Part shown: positions 1 to 12,036 of the stretch, one piece after another | Layout of the letters: every line of letters begins with the position of its first letter | Numbering within the stretch: position 1 is the first letter of the stretch | Assembly: GCA_951406725.2 (NCBI GenBank) | Contig: OX597814.1 | Location: 196,974,001 to 197,038,000 of the forward strand | From: Octopus vulgaris | Lineage: Eukaryota | Reading direction: 5' to 3' | DNA: 64,000 nucleotides | Notes under the pieces: model-generated | The model's input: only the letters and a program-made list of their open reading frames with translations | Told to the model about the DNA's origin: nothing | Databases searched by the model: none | Made by a program: the position numbers and the translations under genes

Positions 1-12
1 TGGCATGAAATA

Positions 13-1150
13 AGGTAGTGAGCTGGCAGAATCGGTAGCACATCGGGGAAAATGCTTAGCAGCATTTCGTCTGTCTTTGTGTCTTGAGTTTAAACTCTAC
101 CGAGGTCGACTGACTTTGATTTTCATCCTTTCGTGGTCGATAAAATAAGTACCAGTTGAGCATTAGGGTTGATGTCTTCGACTTACACCCTCTATAATTT
201 TGCTGGCCCTGTGCCTTAATTCGAAAACAATATTAACATCATTCGTTTACTAATGTTAGTAGATACATAGAAAGGCTAGATATGTACCATCTGGCTGGTA
301 GGATGAAAATAGTCTTCTGGCGGAAAATCTTGTTAGCACTATGAAATTAAATACGTGGCCCTTTGCCGGACACAACCAAAGAAGAATGAGTAAGGAAATA
401 GTAAATTATTTGTGCCCTTTCTCCCAGTTTATCGGGATTCCTTGCGCCCTCAAAAAGGATATGGAGCTAGTCCTGGTCTATAGATGCAGCAACCTCTCCT
501 CTCTTAGGGGAAGCAGATCAAATCAAGGTTAAAAACTGTGAACAAGGAGAGGGGGAAGATAATCGAGTACATCATACGATAGCCAATAATTTTGTTTTCC
601 GATAATAATTTACATCTCACCGAGCTGAAATTTGCTTTTCATCATTCTGAGATGATAAAATAAATTATCAAATACTAGAGTCGATGTAATCGACTTGTCT
701 CTCCTCTCATTAAAATTGTTGGTCTTGTGCCAACGCCAAAATTGGAAATGATAATTAGCTGGCCAGTTCGTTAGCGGACAAACTGCGTATCATCATTCCT
801 TCCGGCTCTTTGCAGCCTAAGATCAAATTCTACCGAGGTCGACTTTGATGGTCATCTTTATGAGGTCGATAAAATAAAATAGCATTCATGTACTGGAGCC
901 AAAGCAATCGACTATGCGCCTCCCCGAAAAACTGCTGGCCTTGTGCCAAATTTTAAAATAATTAAGGCGGTAAGCTGGTGGAATCGTTAGAGCGTGCGAA
1001 AAAATGTTTTGCACCTCTTCATTCGGTTTCAAGTTTTCAGTTCAAATTTAACCAGAATCGTCCTGAAAAAATAAGTACCAGTTGAGCATCAAGGTCGATA
1101 TAATCGATTGGCCTCCTGTCGCCGAATTTCAGGCATTGTCCATTGAGAAC
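13..1150 (+). mobile_element. Cluster of ~4 decayed tRNA-derived SINE copies (family A: ~13-230, ~620-750, ~757-960, ~965-1150)
   Basis: Repeated GAGCTGGCAGAATCGTTAGC head, B-box-like GAGTTCAAATTC, core GAGGTCGACTTTG-CCTTTCATCCTTTCGGGGTCGATAAAATAAGTACCAG and GGCCTTGTGCC tail; the same sequence recurs more than 20 times in the window. Confidence 0.85.
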
Positions 1151-1270
1151 AAACAATAATTATTTTATTGTCTCTTTAACACAGGTTTTGTTGGAGCTCC
1201 AGGAGTCATGCATGCGTAACGGCCATACAATCTGCAGCCTACGGAACCATGCTATTCGCTCTTTTCAGCT

Positions 1271-1273
<3 letters not shown>

Positions 1274-1324
<51 letters not shown>

Positions 1325-1336
1325 GTATCATTATTA
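1274..1336. repeat. (TTA)n microsatellite
   Basis: Direct reading. Confidence 0.95.
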
Positions 1337-1337
1337 G

Positions 1338-1730
1338 GGGGGAGAGCTGGCAGAAGCGTTAGCACGCCGGGCGAAATGCATAGCCGTATTTCGTCTGCCG
1401 TTACGTTCAAAATTCCAACGAGGTCGACTTTGCCTTTCATCCTTTCGGGGTCGATTATATAAAATACCAGTTACGCACTGGGGTCGAAATAATCGACTTA
1501 ATCCGTTTGTCTGTCCCTGTTTGTCCTCTCTGTGTTTAGCCCCCTGTGGGTAGTAAAGAAATAGGTATTTCGTCTGTCTTTACGTTCTGAATTCAAATTC
1601 CACCGAGGTCGACTTTGCCTTTCATCCTTTCAGGGTCGATAAATCAAGTACCATTGAATACTGGGATGTATGCGATCGACTGTTCCCATCCCCACAAAAT
1701 CCAAGCCTTTTGCTTATAGTAGCAAGGATT
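1338..1730 (+). mobile_element. SINE family A, dimeric form (full monomer with TTTGTCTGTCC...GTAAAGAAATA tail, then a 5'-truncated second monomer)
   Basis: Same two-part architecture as 22210-22605. Confidence 0.85.
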
Positions 1731-1799
1731 ATTATTATTATTACTATTTTTATTATTATTATTATTATTATCATTATTATTATTATTATTATTATTATG

Positions 1800-2015
1800 A
1801 GGGCGGCAAGTTGTCAGAATCGTTAGCACGCCGCCAGGCGAAATGCTTACCGGAATTTTGTCTGTCTTCGGGTTCTGTGTTAAAATGCTGCCGGGGTCGA
1901 CTTTGTCTTTCATCCTTTCGTGGTCGAGAAAAAAAGCACCAGTTAAGTACTGCGGTAGATGTAATCGACTTAACCTCTTCCCCCAAAATTCAGGCCTTGT
2001 GCCTATATTAGAAAC
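1800..2015 (+). mobile_element. SINE family A
   Basis: GGCGGCAAGTTGTCAGAATCGTTAGCACGCC ... GTCGACTTTGTCTTTCATCCTTTCG ... GGCCTTGTGCC, flanked by (TTA)n. Confidence 0.85.
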
Positions 2016-2030
2016 GATTATTATTATTAT

Positions 2031-2375
2031 TCTATGTTTGACTTTTGCTTTATATTTGTACAAGTTGGCTCCAAGTCTCACCCAGAGACCTCAAGAGACA
2101 ACAGGGTTGGAAGTTCATGTTGTTGTTATGCCTAGTGTGCCATATATTTGGGGGGTGGGGATGTTGTACTAATGAATGTCTAAAAAAAAAAGTTTTTTTT
2201 TTTTTTTTTTTTTTAAACCGAAAATTATGGTTGTTTTAAACCTTGAGGTTACATAGAGAGTATTTTGCGTAGGATATGAGCAGTTCCCATGAGCACTATC
2301 TTTTGAACTTCTGCCATTTTTGGGTTTCCTGGTATCTGAGTTAGGTAGCTATCAGCCCCTTTTGCTATCATTTGC
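2031..2375 (-). mobile_element. 3' end of an R4/Dong-like non-LTR retrotransposon (ORF C-terminus plus 3' UTR) inside (TAA)n
   Basis: Minus strand reads YLTQIPGNP/KMAEVQKIVLMGTAHILRKILSM*, matching the LQK..LLGTA.ILR C-terminus of restriction-like-endonuclease LINEs; (TTA)n on both sides. Confidence 0.75.
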
Positions 2376-2377
2376 TA

Positions 2378-2422
<45 letters not shown>

Positions 2423-3338
2423 TATTATTATTAATCATAATAACGAAAATTTTATCGTCCGTGTTAGGTTATTGCTTCTGTTTTCTAGATATTATTGTAA
2501 ATCGTTTCTTTTCCCCTAATTGATTCATATCCAGGTTTGTATTGCAGCTATATAATAGACACTCGTTGACGATAAGACATTCTAGTGGGTAATGTTATTG
2601 TTTTTTCTTTCTCTTGTTTATACTTTTGCATTTGTATTGTAATTCTCGAGTTTGTTGAAGAAGAGATATAGACGCGTTTTATGTAACGAGCTTTTACTGT
2701 TTGTTGAGAAAACACTATCGTTGTATTAAAGTTACTGCAGAAATATTTCTATTAATAGGTTTAGCTGAAATCATGTGAAAAAAATAATTTTGTCTGTTAT
2801 GAATAATAGTCTGATGCTAGTAGAATAAAGATACTCCTTTTATAGTGCTAAGAGGACAATACTTTTACACTGATGTGAAACAGCCTGGTCACAGATATTC
2901 AATCTCTCATAGGAAACTCTCAGAAATCTCACAGTTGTTTTTCCACCTACACAAAATATAATGAATAGATATAAGAGTCTTATACAACGGTTACTTGATA
3001 GACAATTATGAAGTGAACCCACGCATAATCTTCTAATACTTTCCTCCATTCAGCATCTTAAATCTATCTTCTATCAAACTGCAGACTTTTGATGCGACAT
3101 GCGCAGAGGAAGTTCGTTGATATTTGAAACTTTACCAATGATTTGATAATAATTAAATTTGTTTTCTTTGTCTAATGAGTGTCTCAACTATATACTCACA
3201 AAGTTGTTTTCAGTATATTTCTGTTTCGTTGTAGATTATAAAAGCACGACTATATTCGCTGTCATCCACTTCTACATATACAAATACTTAACAGCAAAGG
3301 AATATAGCTTTGTATCTTCAGCTTAATCGTGTCCCTAT

Positions 3339-3377
<39 letters not shown>

Positions 3378-3657
3378 CATGATAATAATGACAATGATAA
3401 TAATAAATAATAATAGTAAAATATATATATATAGTTCATATCCATTTAAAAGAAAATGAAGATAACCACCCCTTCACAAGGCTAACATGCTCTCTAATAA
3501 TGATAATAATAATAATATATATATATATAACTAGTTTTGGAACTTACATACCATGTACAGGAATCTTTTTTACCACTTCTATTCATTTTCCTCGAATGAG
3601 GGACCTGCAACTACAAGATTTTATATATTTTATTTCTACTCTCAATCTCTTATTACC

Positions 3658-3692
<35 letters not shown>

Positions 3693-3703
3693 TATCACTA
3701 AAT

Positions 3704-3805
3704 GCGGCCAGTGTGTTAGGGAATACCTACATTGCTTTAAACAACAGCTAAAACGTTTTAGCTATTATCTATAGCAATGTAGGTGTTTTCTAACACCCTA
3801 GTCGC
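3704..3805. repeat. Spacer-less 102-bp imperfect palindrome
   Basis: 51-bp arms centred on AGCTAAAAC|GTTTTAGCT, about 10 mismatches. Confidence 0.85.
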
Positions 3806-4499
3806 CTTAAGCGGTATTTGTAATACACCTTTCAGGTGAAACATTGCAAACTACTGTCCATATTAATTTCATATATGTGTGTGTGTGCGTGTACACCCAC
3901 ATACACACGCAGACAAAGAATGAGACATGCACACAGATAGTGTGGTTGTAACATTTACAGTATAGCGTATCAAAGTTTTGTGTAGCTTTGTTTTCTAGCA
4001 TATTGTCAGATGACACCATTTTAAAAGAATATTATATAAGTAAAACTACAGTATTTCATGATATTGCTGAGTTATTGAAAACATAAATGATTAGCTTTCC
4101 CTTATTTGATATACGTTATCTCGTGGATAATATCGGTGATGTAGTTTGTAATGAAAATTATCCTTAATTTCAAATATTTCATTATATCTTGTTAATTATG
4201 GTTCGTTTACGTCAAAGCAGAAGAATTAACTGAGAAGACTAAATTAGACATCTCGTTAATTATTTCTACAATGTATGCACAATTATTTGTAGTTCTTTAT
4301 ATGCAATCATTCAGTTAACACTTTTGTGATTCATAAGAATTCAGAAAGTTCGAGAGAAATAATACTTTTTTAACGGAGGAACTCAAAGTGGATAAAGCTA
4401 TGAATAGTAAAGTGTAATTATTGAGTTTAAATACCTTATGGATAGAAGAAAGTTTACAGACAGCCTTCGTCTTTCGAATGGTTTTTAACCCTGTTTTTG

Positions 4500-4827
4500 C
4501 ACTGGTGTTACTCATCTGGAGTCCCTGAGAGTTCCTATAAGATTTTTTGGGGTACATACATCAAAATAGGAAATTGGGGATCCACAGTTATATTTCAAGG
4601 GTACATGGAAAAATTTTGCTTTAGCTATATTTATTGATATATATTGCAAGAAAGAGCTAAGTTTCTTTCTCTAACATCTTACAGTGTACAACTTACTCAA
4701 ATTTATGTGTGAAAAGCAAAATAGGTATTTTGAAAGAAGTATCTATAAAACTATGTTGGTAGGGGTCAACCAGAATAAAATGGTAATCAACAGGGTCCAT
4801 GGATAAAAAATGGTTGGGAACCCCTGA
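4500..4827. mobile_element. Decayed hAT-like MITE
   Basis: Right end AAAAATGGTTGGGAACCCCTG is the typical hAT CAGGGGTTCCCAA terminus; internal GGGTCCATGG repeats; left end degenerate, no clear TSD. Confidence 0.55.
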
Positions 4828-5385
4828 TTTATACATTATCATATATAGCTTTATCCACTTCGAGTTCAAAAACGAATTATTCTTCTCTGTTGAGCGAAAT
4901 TGAAAAAAACTACCGTTTACAATTCGTGTTGGTACTCTTAAATGCATCAAGTACCATACGCCGGTCGATTATTATGTAGTATACTTTGGTGGAAGTATTC
5001 TACTCCAATATTGATTTCTTATAATTATGTTTATTTGCAGCATTTAGCGAATACATACAAAACGGTGACTAGTTCAATATAAAAGCAGAACGTGTTAGAG
5101 CCGTCTAATATTTCTGGTGTATGTGCAATGACCGGTGAGAATGAGCTGACGTAGAAAAGAAAATATAGGAAAGCCAAATGTTTTCTGAACGTCACCATCA
5201 CCTAGGAATCAACGATTGTGTTGTAGACATATAAGTGACTGGCAACGCGTTATCATTGATATTTTCTCACAGTTATAATTTGAAAACGAATTCTTTCGTG
5301 CTTCAGCTTACACGACGACAACTTCTAAACATGTAATAGAACAGAGCTTTAATCACTGTTGTTTCTCTAAACAAATCTGCAGCTT

Positions 5386-5387
<2 letters not shown>

Positions 5388-5426
<39 letters not shown>

Positions 5427-5501
5427 TGTTATTACTACTGTTATTACTACTGTTATTATTACTGTTATTATTACTGTTATTACTATTAATATTTTTACTA
5501 C

Positions 5502-5571
<70 letters not shown>

Positions 5572-5590
5572 TTCATCATCATTATTAGTA
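5388..5590. repeat. (TTA)n/(CTGTTATTA)n compound microsatellite
   Basis: Direct reading. Confidence 0.95.
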
Positions 5591-5900
5591 GTAGTATTAC
5601 AGGCTGTGTTAGTTAGCAGGGAGGTTTTCTTGGTGTTTGCTGACAAGTCTTCTCAAACCACAAGGATCTTAGCATTCTATGAGGTTAAAGGATTACACTT
5701 CTCTGGAGGTCAATCATCCGAGACATAATTCCAATATCCTTCATCCTCTTAGGTAGCAGTTTGAATGTTGTGCTAACTGCATCAGTTACGACAAGGATAA
5801 TTGTCATAGTCTTCTGCAATCCGTCCATTTCTCTGGCTACCTCCTGATATCTCTCAATTTCTGAATTTCTTTGGCATCGTCCCTATTATTATACCGGGTC
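5591..5900 (-). mobile_element. Old R4/Dong-like LINE 3' fragment
   Basis: Minus strand EIERYQEVAREMDGLQKTMTIILVVTDAVSTTFK resembles the K..RY..LAREI...VPVVIGALG endonuclease motif; ends in a (TAA)n tract. Confidence 0.55.
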
Positions 5901-5989
5901 ATCATAAAGTCACGCACCATCCTGCAATATGAGAAATTGCTAACGTACTCCTTTTTTAATCCCTTTTCACAAACCAACAATCCTCACTG

Positions 5990-6571
5990 AATGGAGGCAG
6001 ATAATCAAGAAGACGGGGATAAGTTAATGGTGTGGGATTTGGCACAATCATGAAATTGGACCATTTTATTTTGAGGGCTCTGTAACAGGTCATTCCTATC
6101 TCCACATGCTTGGCAACAAGATGATGCCTCACGTGCATTCAGTTGGAAGGGAAAATCCTGTCTGGTTTCAACAGGATGGGAATCCACCCCATTATGCATT
6201 TCAGGTTCGTGATTTTCTGAATGAACATTTTCCAGGGAGACGGGTCGGGAGACGGGTCGGGAGTCGCGGGCCAATCGAATAGGCACCACAATTACCAGAT
6301 TTAACTCCTAAGGACTTTTTCTTCTGGGACTACATTAAATCCCTTTTCGTGACTAAGGACAACTTCTTCAAAGAATTGTTGAAGCGTTTGAACAAGTCAA
6401 CGGCAATGAAGAGCTATTTGAGAGGGTTCATCGCAATTTTAAATTCCGTATGAACACTTGTGTAGAGCTACATGGCCAACACTTTGAGCCTTTGTAAAGG
6501 ATTACCTATTTCATTGCTAATAAAGGATACTTGATACCTCTCATAGTGCGTGATCTTGCGGCCACTCTGTA
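5990..6571 (+). mobile_element. Tc1/mariner DD41D (rosa-type) transposase remnant with right TIR
   Basis: IGPFYFEGSVTGHSYLHML...WFQQDGNPPHYAFQVRDFLNEHFPGR...IE*APQLPDLTPKDFFFWDYIKS; 41 residues between the 2nd and 3rd Asp after removing a 12-bp duplication; ends GGCCACTCTG|TA. Confidence 0.85.
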
Positions 6572-6591
6572 TATATAATTGAAAATCGCAT

Positions 6592-6875
6592 CCCGGACTG
6601 GGCTGCGTGTTGTGTTCTTGAGCAAGACACTTTATTTCACGTTGCTCCAGTTCACTCAGCTGTAGAAATGAGTTGCGACATCACAGGCACCAAGCTGTAT
6701 CGGCCCTTGCCTTTCCCTTGCATAACATCGGTGACGTGGAGAGGGGAGGCCGGAATGCATGGGCGACTGCTGGTCTTCCATAAAACAAACTTGCCCAGGC
6801 TTGTGCCTCAGATGGTAACTCTCTAGGTGCAAACCCATGGTCAGTGTCTGACCGAAGGGGGTCACCACCACATGT
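6592..6875 (+). mobile_element. 5'-truncated SINE family C with a 32-bp flanking duplication
   Basis: CORE-like GTTGTGTTCTTGAGCAAGACACTT, homologous to 10600-10928 and 31641-31940; GGCCACTCTGTATATATAATTGAAAATCGCAT occurs at 6560-6591 and 6876-6907. Confidence 0.9.
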
Positions 6876-6949
6876 GGCCACTCTGTATATATAATTGAAA
6901 ATCGCATGGCCTTACATTGTTTATTTCTTTTGTTCTCTTTAATCGTAGA

Positions 6950-7145
6950 TGGTCAGTCTTTATGAGGAAATGTATAACGATATTTCATCCGCGTCGATAT
7001 TTTCTGAGCTCAAATACCGCCGACATCGAACCCGCCGTTCATCCCCTCGGAATCGATAAAACAAGTACCAGTTGAACACAGGGGTTGATGAAATCGACTT
7101 CCCCTCCCCTCAAAAATAGCTGGCCTTCATCCAAAATGAGAAAGA
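6950..7145 (+). mobile_element. Decayed SINE family A
   Basis: TTCATCCCCTCGGAATCGATAAAACAAGTACCAGTTG...GGGGTTGATGAAATCGACTT. Confidence 0.7.
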
Positions 7146-7696
7146 ATTCATTTTATTAGTATTGTACACGAGTACATAAAACTACGTCGATGTAGTCTGG
7201 ACTAGACTCCAGTTTCTTTCTATCGTGTATTGTACCAAACTTCAGAATCTATATGAGCTTCCGGCGGCAAAATTTACAGGCTAATTACTTCAGTGCAATA
7301 ATACGCACACATATACATACATAGACTGCAGCAATACCAATCCAATAATATTTCGCTAAAGTTATGTGGCTGCGAATATAACAGCAAAGTTGCAGACATA
7401 ATAACAATCATATCTGCTACATAAAGAATTACACAACTGGAATTGAAATGTATCTTTAAATCATTAAAGAGAGGCGTGGCCACTAACCAAATAATTCTGC
7501 TCGTTTCCAGATCAGTTGTATCTCATAAACATAGTGTAGCTGATATCTTTAATATGTTGTATCGAAATTACTTACACAGACATAATAAAACACATGCACA
7601 AAAACAAAAATAAAATAAAATCATTCACGCATTTAATATACATATATGATATATGCATGCATTTAACATCTACATGTTGCTTGTATATATTTTTGT

Positions 7697-7768
<72 letters not shown>

Positions 7769-7909
7769 CATGGATAATAAAACAAGTGGTTTACACCTGG
7801 TAGCTTACTGGTAAAGCACAGACACTTTCACCGTGATTGTTAGGTGTAGAGCAAATAATAAATTCCATCTTTCATTTGCTATATATTACACACACACACA
7901 CACACACAT

Positions 7910-7958
<49 letters not shown>

Positions 7959-7961
<3 letters not shown>

Positions 7962-8083
7962 TATGGTGCTATCTCTTAGATACCCTAAATTATAATTTTA
8001 GTAATAATTATTACCTTTGAAGCTTTTTATTCCCATGCTGGCCACCTGATAAGATCGGTACTTAAATAACGTTATTATCCTTA
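7959..8083 (-). mobile_element. Short (TA)n-embedded element (family P1)
   Basis: Reverse complement aligns with 13934-14090 (CTTCAAAGGTAATAATTATT...TTAGGGTATCTA.GAGATA.CACCAT); begins TATATAAGGATAA. Confidence 0.75.
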
Positions 8084-8519
8084 TATATATATTACATAGA
8101 CAGATAGATAGATGAATGGATAGATAGTGTCGAATACATACATAAATACATGTATGTGTGTGTGAAAAAGATAGAGAAACAGGGAGGTCAAGTCAGAGTG
8201 AGGCAGAAAAAGGAAGAAAGAGCAACATACGAAAGAAAAATCTTATATCAGATGGGAATATTTTGCTAGGCTTGGTATGCTAAGAAAAGACCGTATCAGA
8301 GAATTAGAAAGGGAGTGAAAGCAGAAAGTTGCCTTGAGAGAGAGAGAGAGAGAGAGAGAGGGTGGAGGAGAGCAATATTATTAACGTTTATTCCCTTGCA
8401 TAAAGCCAAGAAAATAATATCATTCCTGTAAATTGTTCAAACCGAAATATTTGGTAGTTTGGAAGATTTATTAGGACGTTTCACTAACCATGAATATATT
8501 GAGGATTTTATTCGATGTA

Positions 8520-9780
8520 AACTGGGAAAATTAGCTCAATAAAATCATTGAGTCTATGCTAGAAATGTCGGAAATTGTTATGTAAGACCTGTTGTGTCTG
8601 TGTCAGAAATAGAATGTTTAAGAGTAATTGCATGAAGGCAGGAGATATATAAAAGTTGTTACGTCTATGAATATCCGTGTAAAAGTAATTGTACGTGTGT
8701 AAAGCTTTTTCAAGGATGGATCTTCACATCTAAGAATAGATACCTATAGATCATTGCAGCTAAGAATAGCTACGTTACGTTCATTTTGTTTCTGTGGGAA
8801 GAATATAGAAGAGTCACTGCCTAAATAACATGTCATTGAATCAATGTAAGGAATATCCATGAAGCATTCAGTATATTTAAGGGATTTATAAGACAATATG
8901 TCTACGTAAGAAATAGCTTCTATAAGGAACTGTGTCTGTAGAGGAGGAGCCTTTGGGATTATGTAAGAAATTATCATATAGATTGTATTGTGTGTATGCA
9001 TTTTGTCTATGTAAGAGCTGTATAAGAGACATTTTTGACTAAGGGCTATTGGAATCTGTAAAAAATAATATATTCGAGGTTGTGTATCTCTATAGAAAAA
9101 AATTATGCCGGAGTAATCGTATTTTATTAGAATCATCAGAGCTTTCCAAGTATTCATTCTATGTAAAAAGTTCTATTCCGTGAGATTTATTGTCTCTGTT
9201 AAAAGTCATTGTGTTTTTATAAGAAATATATATGAGAAAGTTATTATGTCTAACAGGGAGTCGATGCTTCTTTTTAAGTCAGAGTATCTATGTCAGTCAT
9301 TGCGCTATTGTGCTCACTGATTTAGTTATATAAGTCAACCATATACGCATCATCACTTACTATGTACGCGTCAACACTTATATATACACGTAAGCACTTA
9401 CATATCATGTGCTTATATATACGCGTCGACACTTACATACTATGTAACCGTCATTGTTTTGAGATGATGGATATGGAAGTGTATTTACTGTGTGTATATG
9501 TAAGATTACGTAAGAATCAGAGAGTCTATATAATGAATATTAAGAGTCACTGTGTTTATGTAAAGAATAAGAGTAATCAATAATACGAAAGATATTGTTT
9601 GATAGAAGCCATCATTTTTCTGTAAGAAACCATTGTGGTTATATAAGAATTTGTTTTCTGAGAATCATGTTAGAATAAGCTGTTCGACACGATTCATAAT
9701 AGCAAAGTTAGTGTGTCTATATATGACTCAAGGTACCTATGCAAGAAATAACAGCGTAAGAGATACTGAGAGGCTTTATA
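8520..9780 (+). repeat. Highly decayed ~20-bp minisatellite (consensus ~TAAGAGTCATTGTGTCTATG)
   Basis: Recurring fragments AATCATTGAGTCTATG, AAGAGTCACTG, AAAAGTCATTGTGTTT, TAAGAGTCACTGTGTTTATGTAA, TGTCTATGTAAGAG. Confidence 0.55.
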
Positions 9781-9856
9781 TATGAAGTCCTCTTTTGCAC
9801 TTTGGTTTTCACAAATGTAAACCGTGAGTATATTCCATGTATGTGTATATATATAT

Positions 9857-10200
9857 AAGGATAAATATCAAGTTAATGATTTTTTATCAAGTAGTCAGCA
9901 TGCTATAAAAATGTATAGGCGATTAATACATTAAATTAATACTAAGGTACATATGTATATAATTATATCAAGGGCGATCGGGCGAAAACGACCTTCCAGC
10001 ATGCTTGAAGTGCCGATACTTTCAAAAACTACCAAAAACTCCAGCTAAAATATACACGTGGCTGAAAGCGGGCTAGTGTATATCTTAGCTAGAGATTTTG
10101 GTAGTTTTTGAAGGTCTGATACATAGGAACAGTAACCCGAAGGTATAAGAATTCCAGGAGGCGATTTTCTTTCTCTAGCGTAGCAGCACTAGTGTAATAA
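9857..10200 (+). mobile_element. (TA)n-adjacent element related to family P1, containing a 92-bp hairpin
   Basis: TATATAAGGATAA start and ATCAAGTAGTCAGCATG shared with 13934; inverted repeat at 10021-10112. Confidence 0.55.
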
Positions 10201-10236
10201 AATTATTAGTTATATTCACTTAATGTACAGGCGTCC

Positions 10237-10560
10237 TGTGTATTTGTGGGGTCGGCTACGATTTGGCATTAAGAATATCTGATCGATAACGTTGTTGCAC
10301 TAAAGCTGTTTATTTTTGACGTATGCACTGTCCATGATCAAATAAGTCGTGGACTGGCAATATTATTCATTTCCGATCCTGCTCGGGGATATGATATTGA
10401 TATGCCGCAAAAGTTGCGAAACATCGATGCCTATGTATTCCTAGATGGGATTAGAGATGAGTTATCACACCTGTCCATGAATTTCAAGTGTTTTAACATC
10501 CGGCGCTTTGAGGTGGGCATTCCCCATCATGCCAAATCGCAGCCCACCAGCAATTACACA
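10237..10560. mobile_element. MITE with ~33-bp terminal inverted repeats
   Basis: TGTGTATTTGTGGGGTCGGCTACGATTTGGCAT versus ATGCCAAATCGCAGCCCACCAGCAATTACACA. Confidence 0.6.
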
Positions 10561-10599
10561 TCTGTTATACTTTCAGTATATGTTGTTGATAATGATTCT

Positions 10600-10925
10600 G
10601 AGACCCCTTTCGGTCGCGACACAGACCATGGGCTTGCACCTAGAAAGTTACCCTCCCAGGCACAAGTCTGGGCAAGGTTATTTTATGGAAGACCAGCAGT
10701 CGCCCATGCATACCGGCCTCCTCTCTTCACGCCACCGATGTTATCCAAGGAGAAGGTAAAGGGGCCGATACAGCTTGGCACCTGTGACGTCGCAACTCAT
10801 TTCTACAGCTGAGTACACTGGAGCAACGTGAAATAAAGTGTCTTGCTCAAGAACACATCACGCAGCCCGGTCCGGGATTCGAGCTCACAATCTCACGATC
10901 GTAAGCACGACGCATTAACCTCTGA

Positions 10926-10928
<3 letters not shown>
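10600..10928 (-). mobile_element. Full-length SINE family C (tRNA head plus CORE-like domain)
   Basis: Minus strand TGGCTCAGAGGTTAATGCGTCGTGCTTACGATCGTGAGATTGTGAGCTCGAATCCCGGACCGG (A/B boxes); body matches 6592-6875. Confidence 0.9.
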
Positions 10929-10970
<42 letters not shown>

Positions 10971-12036
10971 ATGAGTGTAAGGAATATTCACATTTCAATA
11001 CACTATGTGCTTTCCTTTTATCGTTCTTCCTCAAAGAAACAAGATTACTTTTTTCCTTAATCTTAAATGGTTGAATTATGCAATAGAGTTGAAATGTAAC
11101 GTAATAATGTTTGTGTATCTGCGAATTAAATAACATTGATATTGATACAGCATGGTAATTTAGATGGCGTAAAGATAAAATGTCTCCTAAATTGTTGAAC
11201 AGAAATTTAGAGTCGAGTCCACTGACTCCTTCGAGGATTCCAGGATAAATAATGAATGCTTGGGATAGTATGTGATTGTTTGTAAGCGTGGCTGCAAGTA
11301 CATATATATATATATTTCTTTACATATATGTGTGTGCGTGCGTGCGTATGTATGTATAGATAGATAGATAGATACATGCATACATATATATAGATCGAGA
11401 TATATATTATAATTGTGTATATAAGTATATATGTGTGTATATATAAATATATGTATAACTATATATATATATATATATATATATAAGGCTATGTGTGTGT
11501 GTGTGTGTATAGACATGTGTGTGTGTGTACGCATATATCTATATATCTATTTGTGTAGTAGTTTGTATCTATTAATCTATCTGCCGATACATACATACAT
11601 AAGCACACCTACATGCCTATATACATACTTAGATACTTACATACATACACACATAAGCACACCTACATGCCTATATACATTCATACATACATGCATACAT
11701 ACATATAGAATAAGAATTGCTGTTTTAAACATATCTACCCAATGCAAAACGATTTAAATAATTTAAAATTTTTTCACTAACTTTTTTTCCATTTCCATTT
11801 GGAATTTCTGTCTTGGCTCTGTTATTTGTTTTACATTTCTTTGCGTATAAACGATACAATAAAAGAAAAAATTCAAAATGTCTATAGAAGATTACTCACT
11901 CTGTAGTATTAATAGACTACTCGGCCTCCAGCTATGAGGCTTCGGCTTGCGTTTCCTCAGGAATATTTCGAAAAGAACGAAGCAATAAATTTTATGTACT
12001 CATAATGAACTTGAAAGTACCTTTTTAAAAAAAAAA

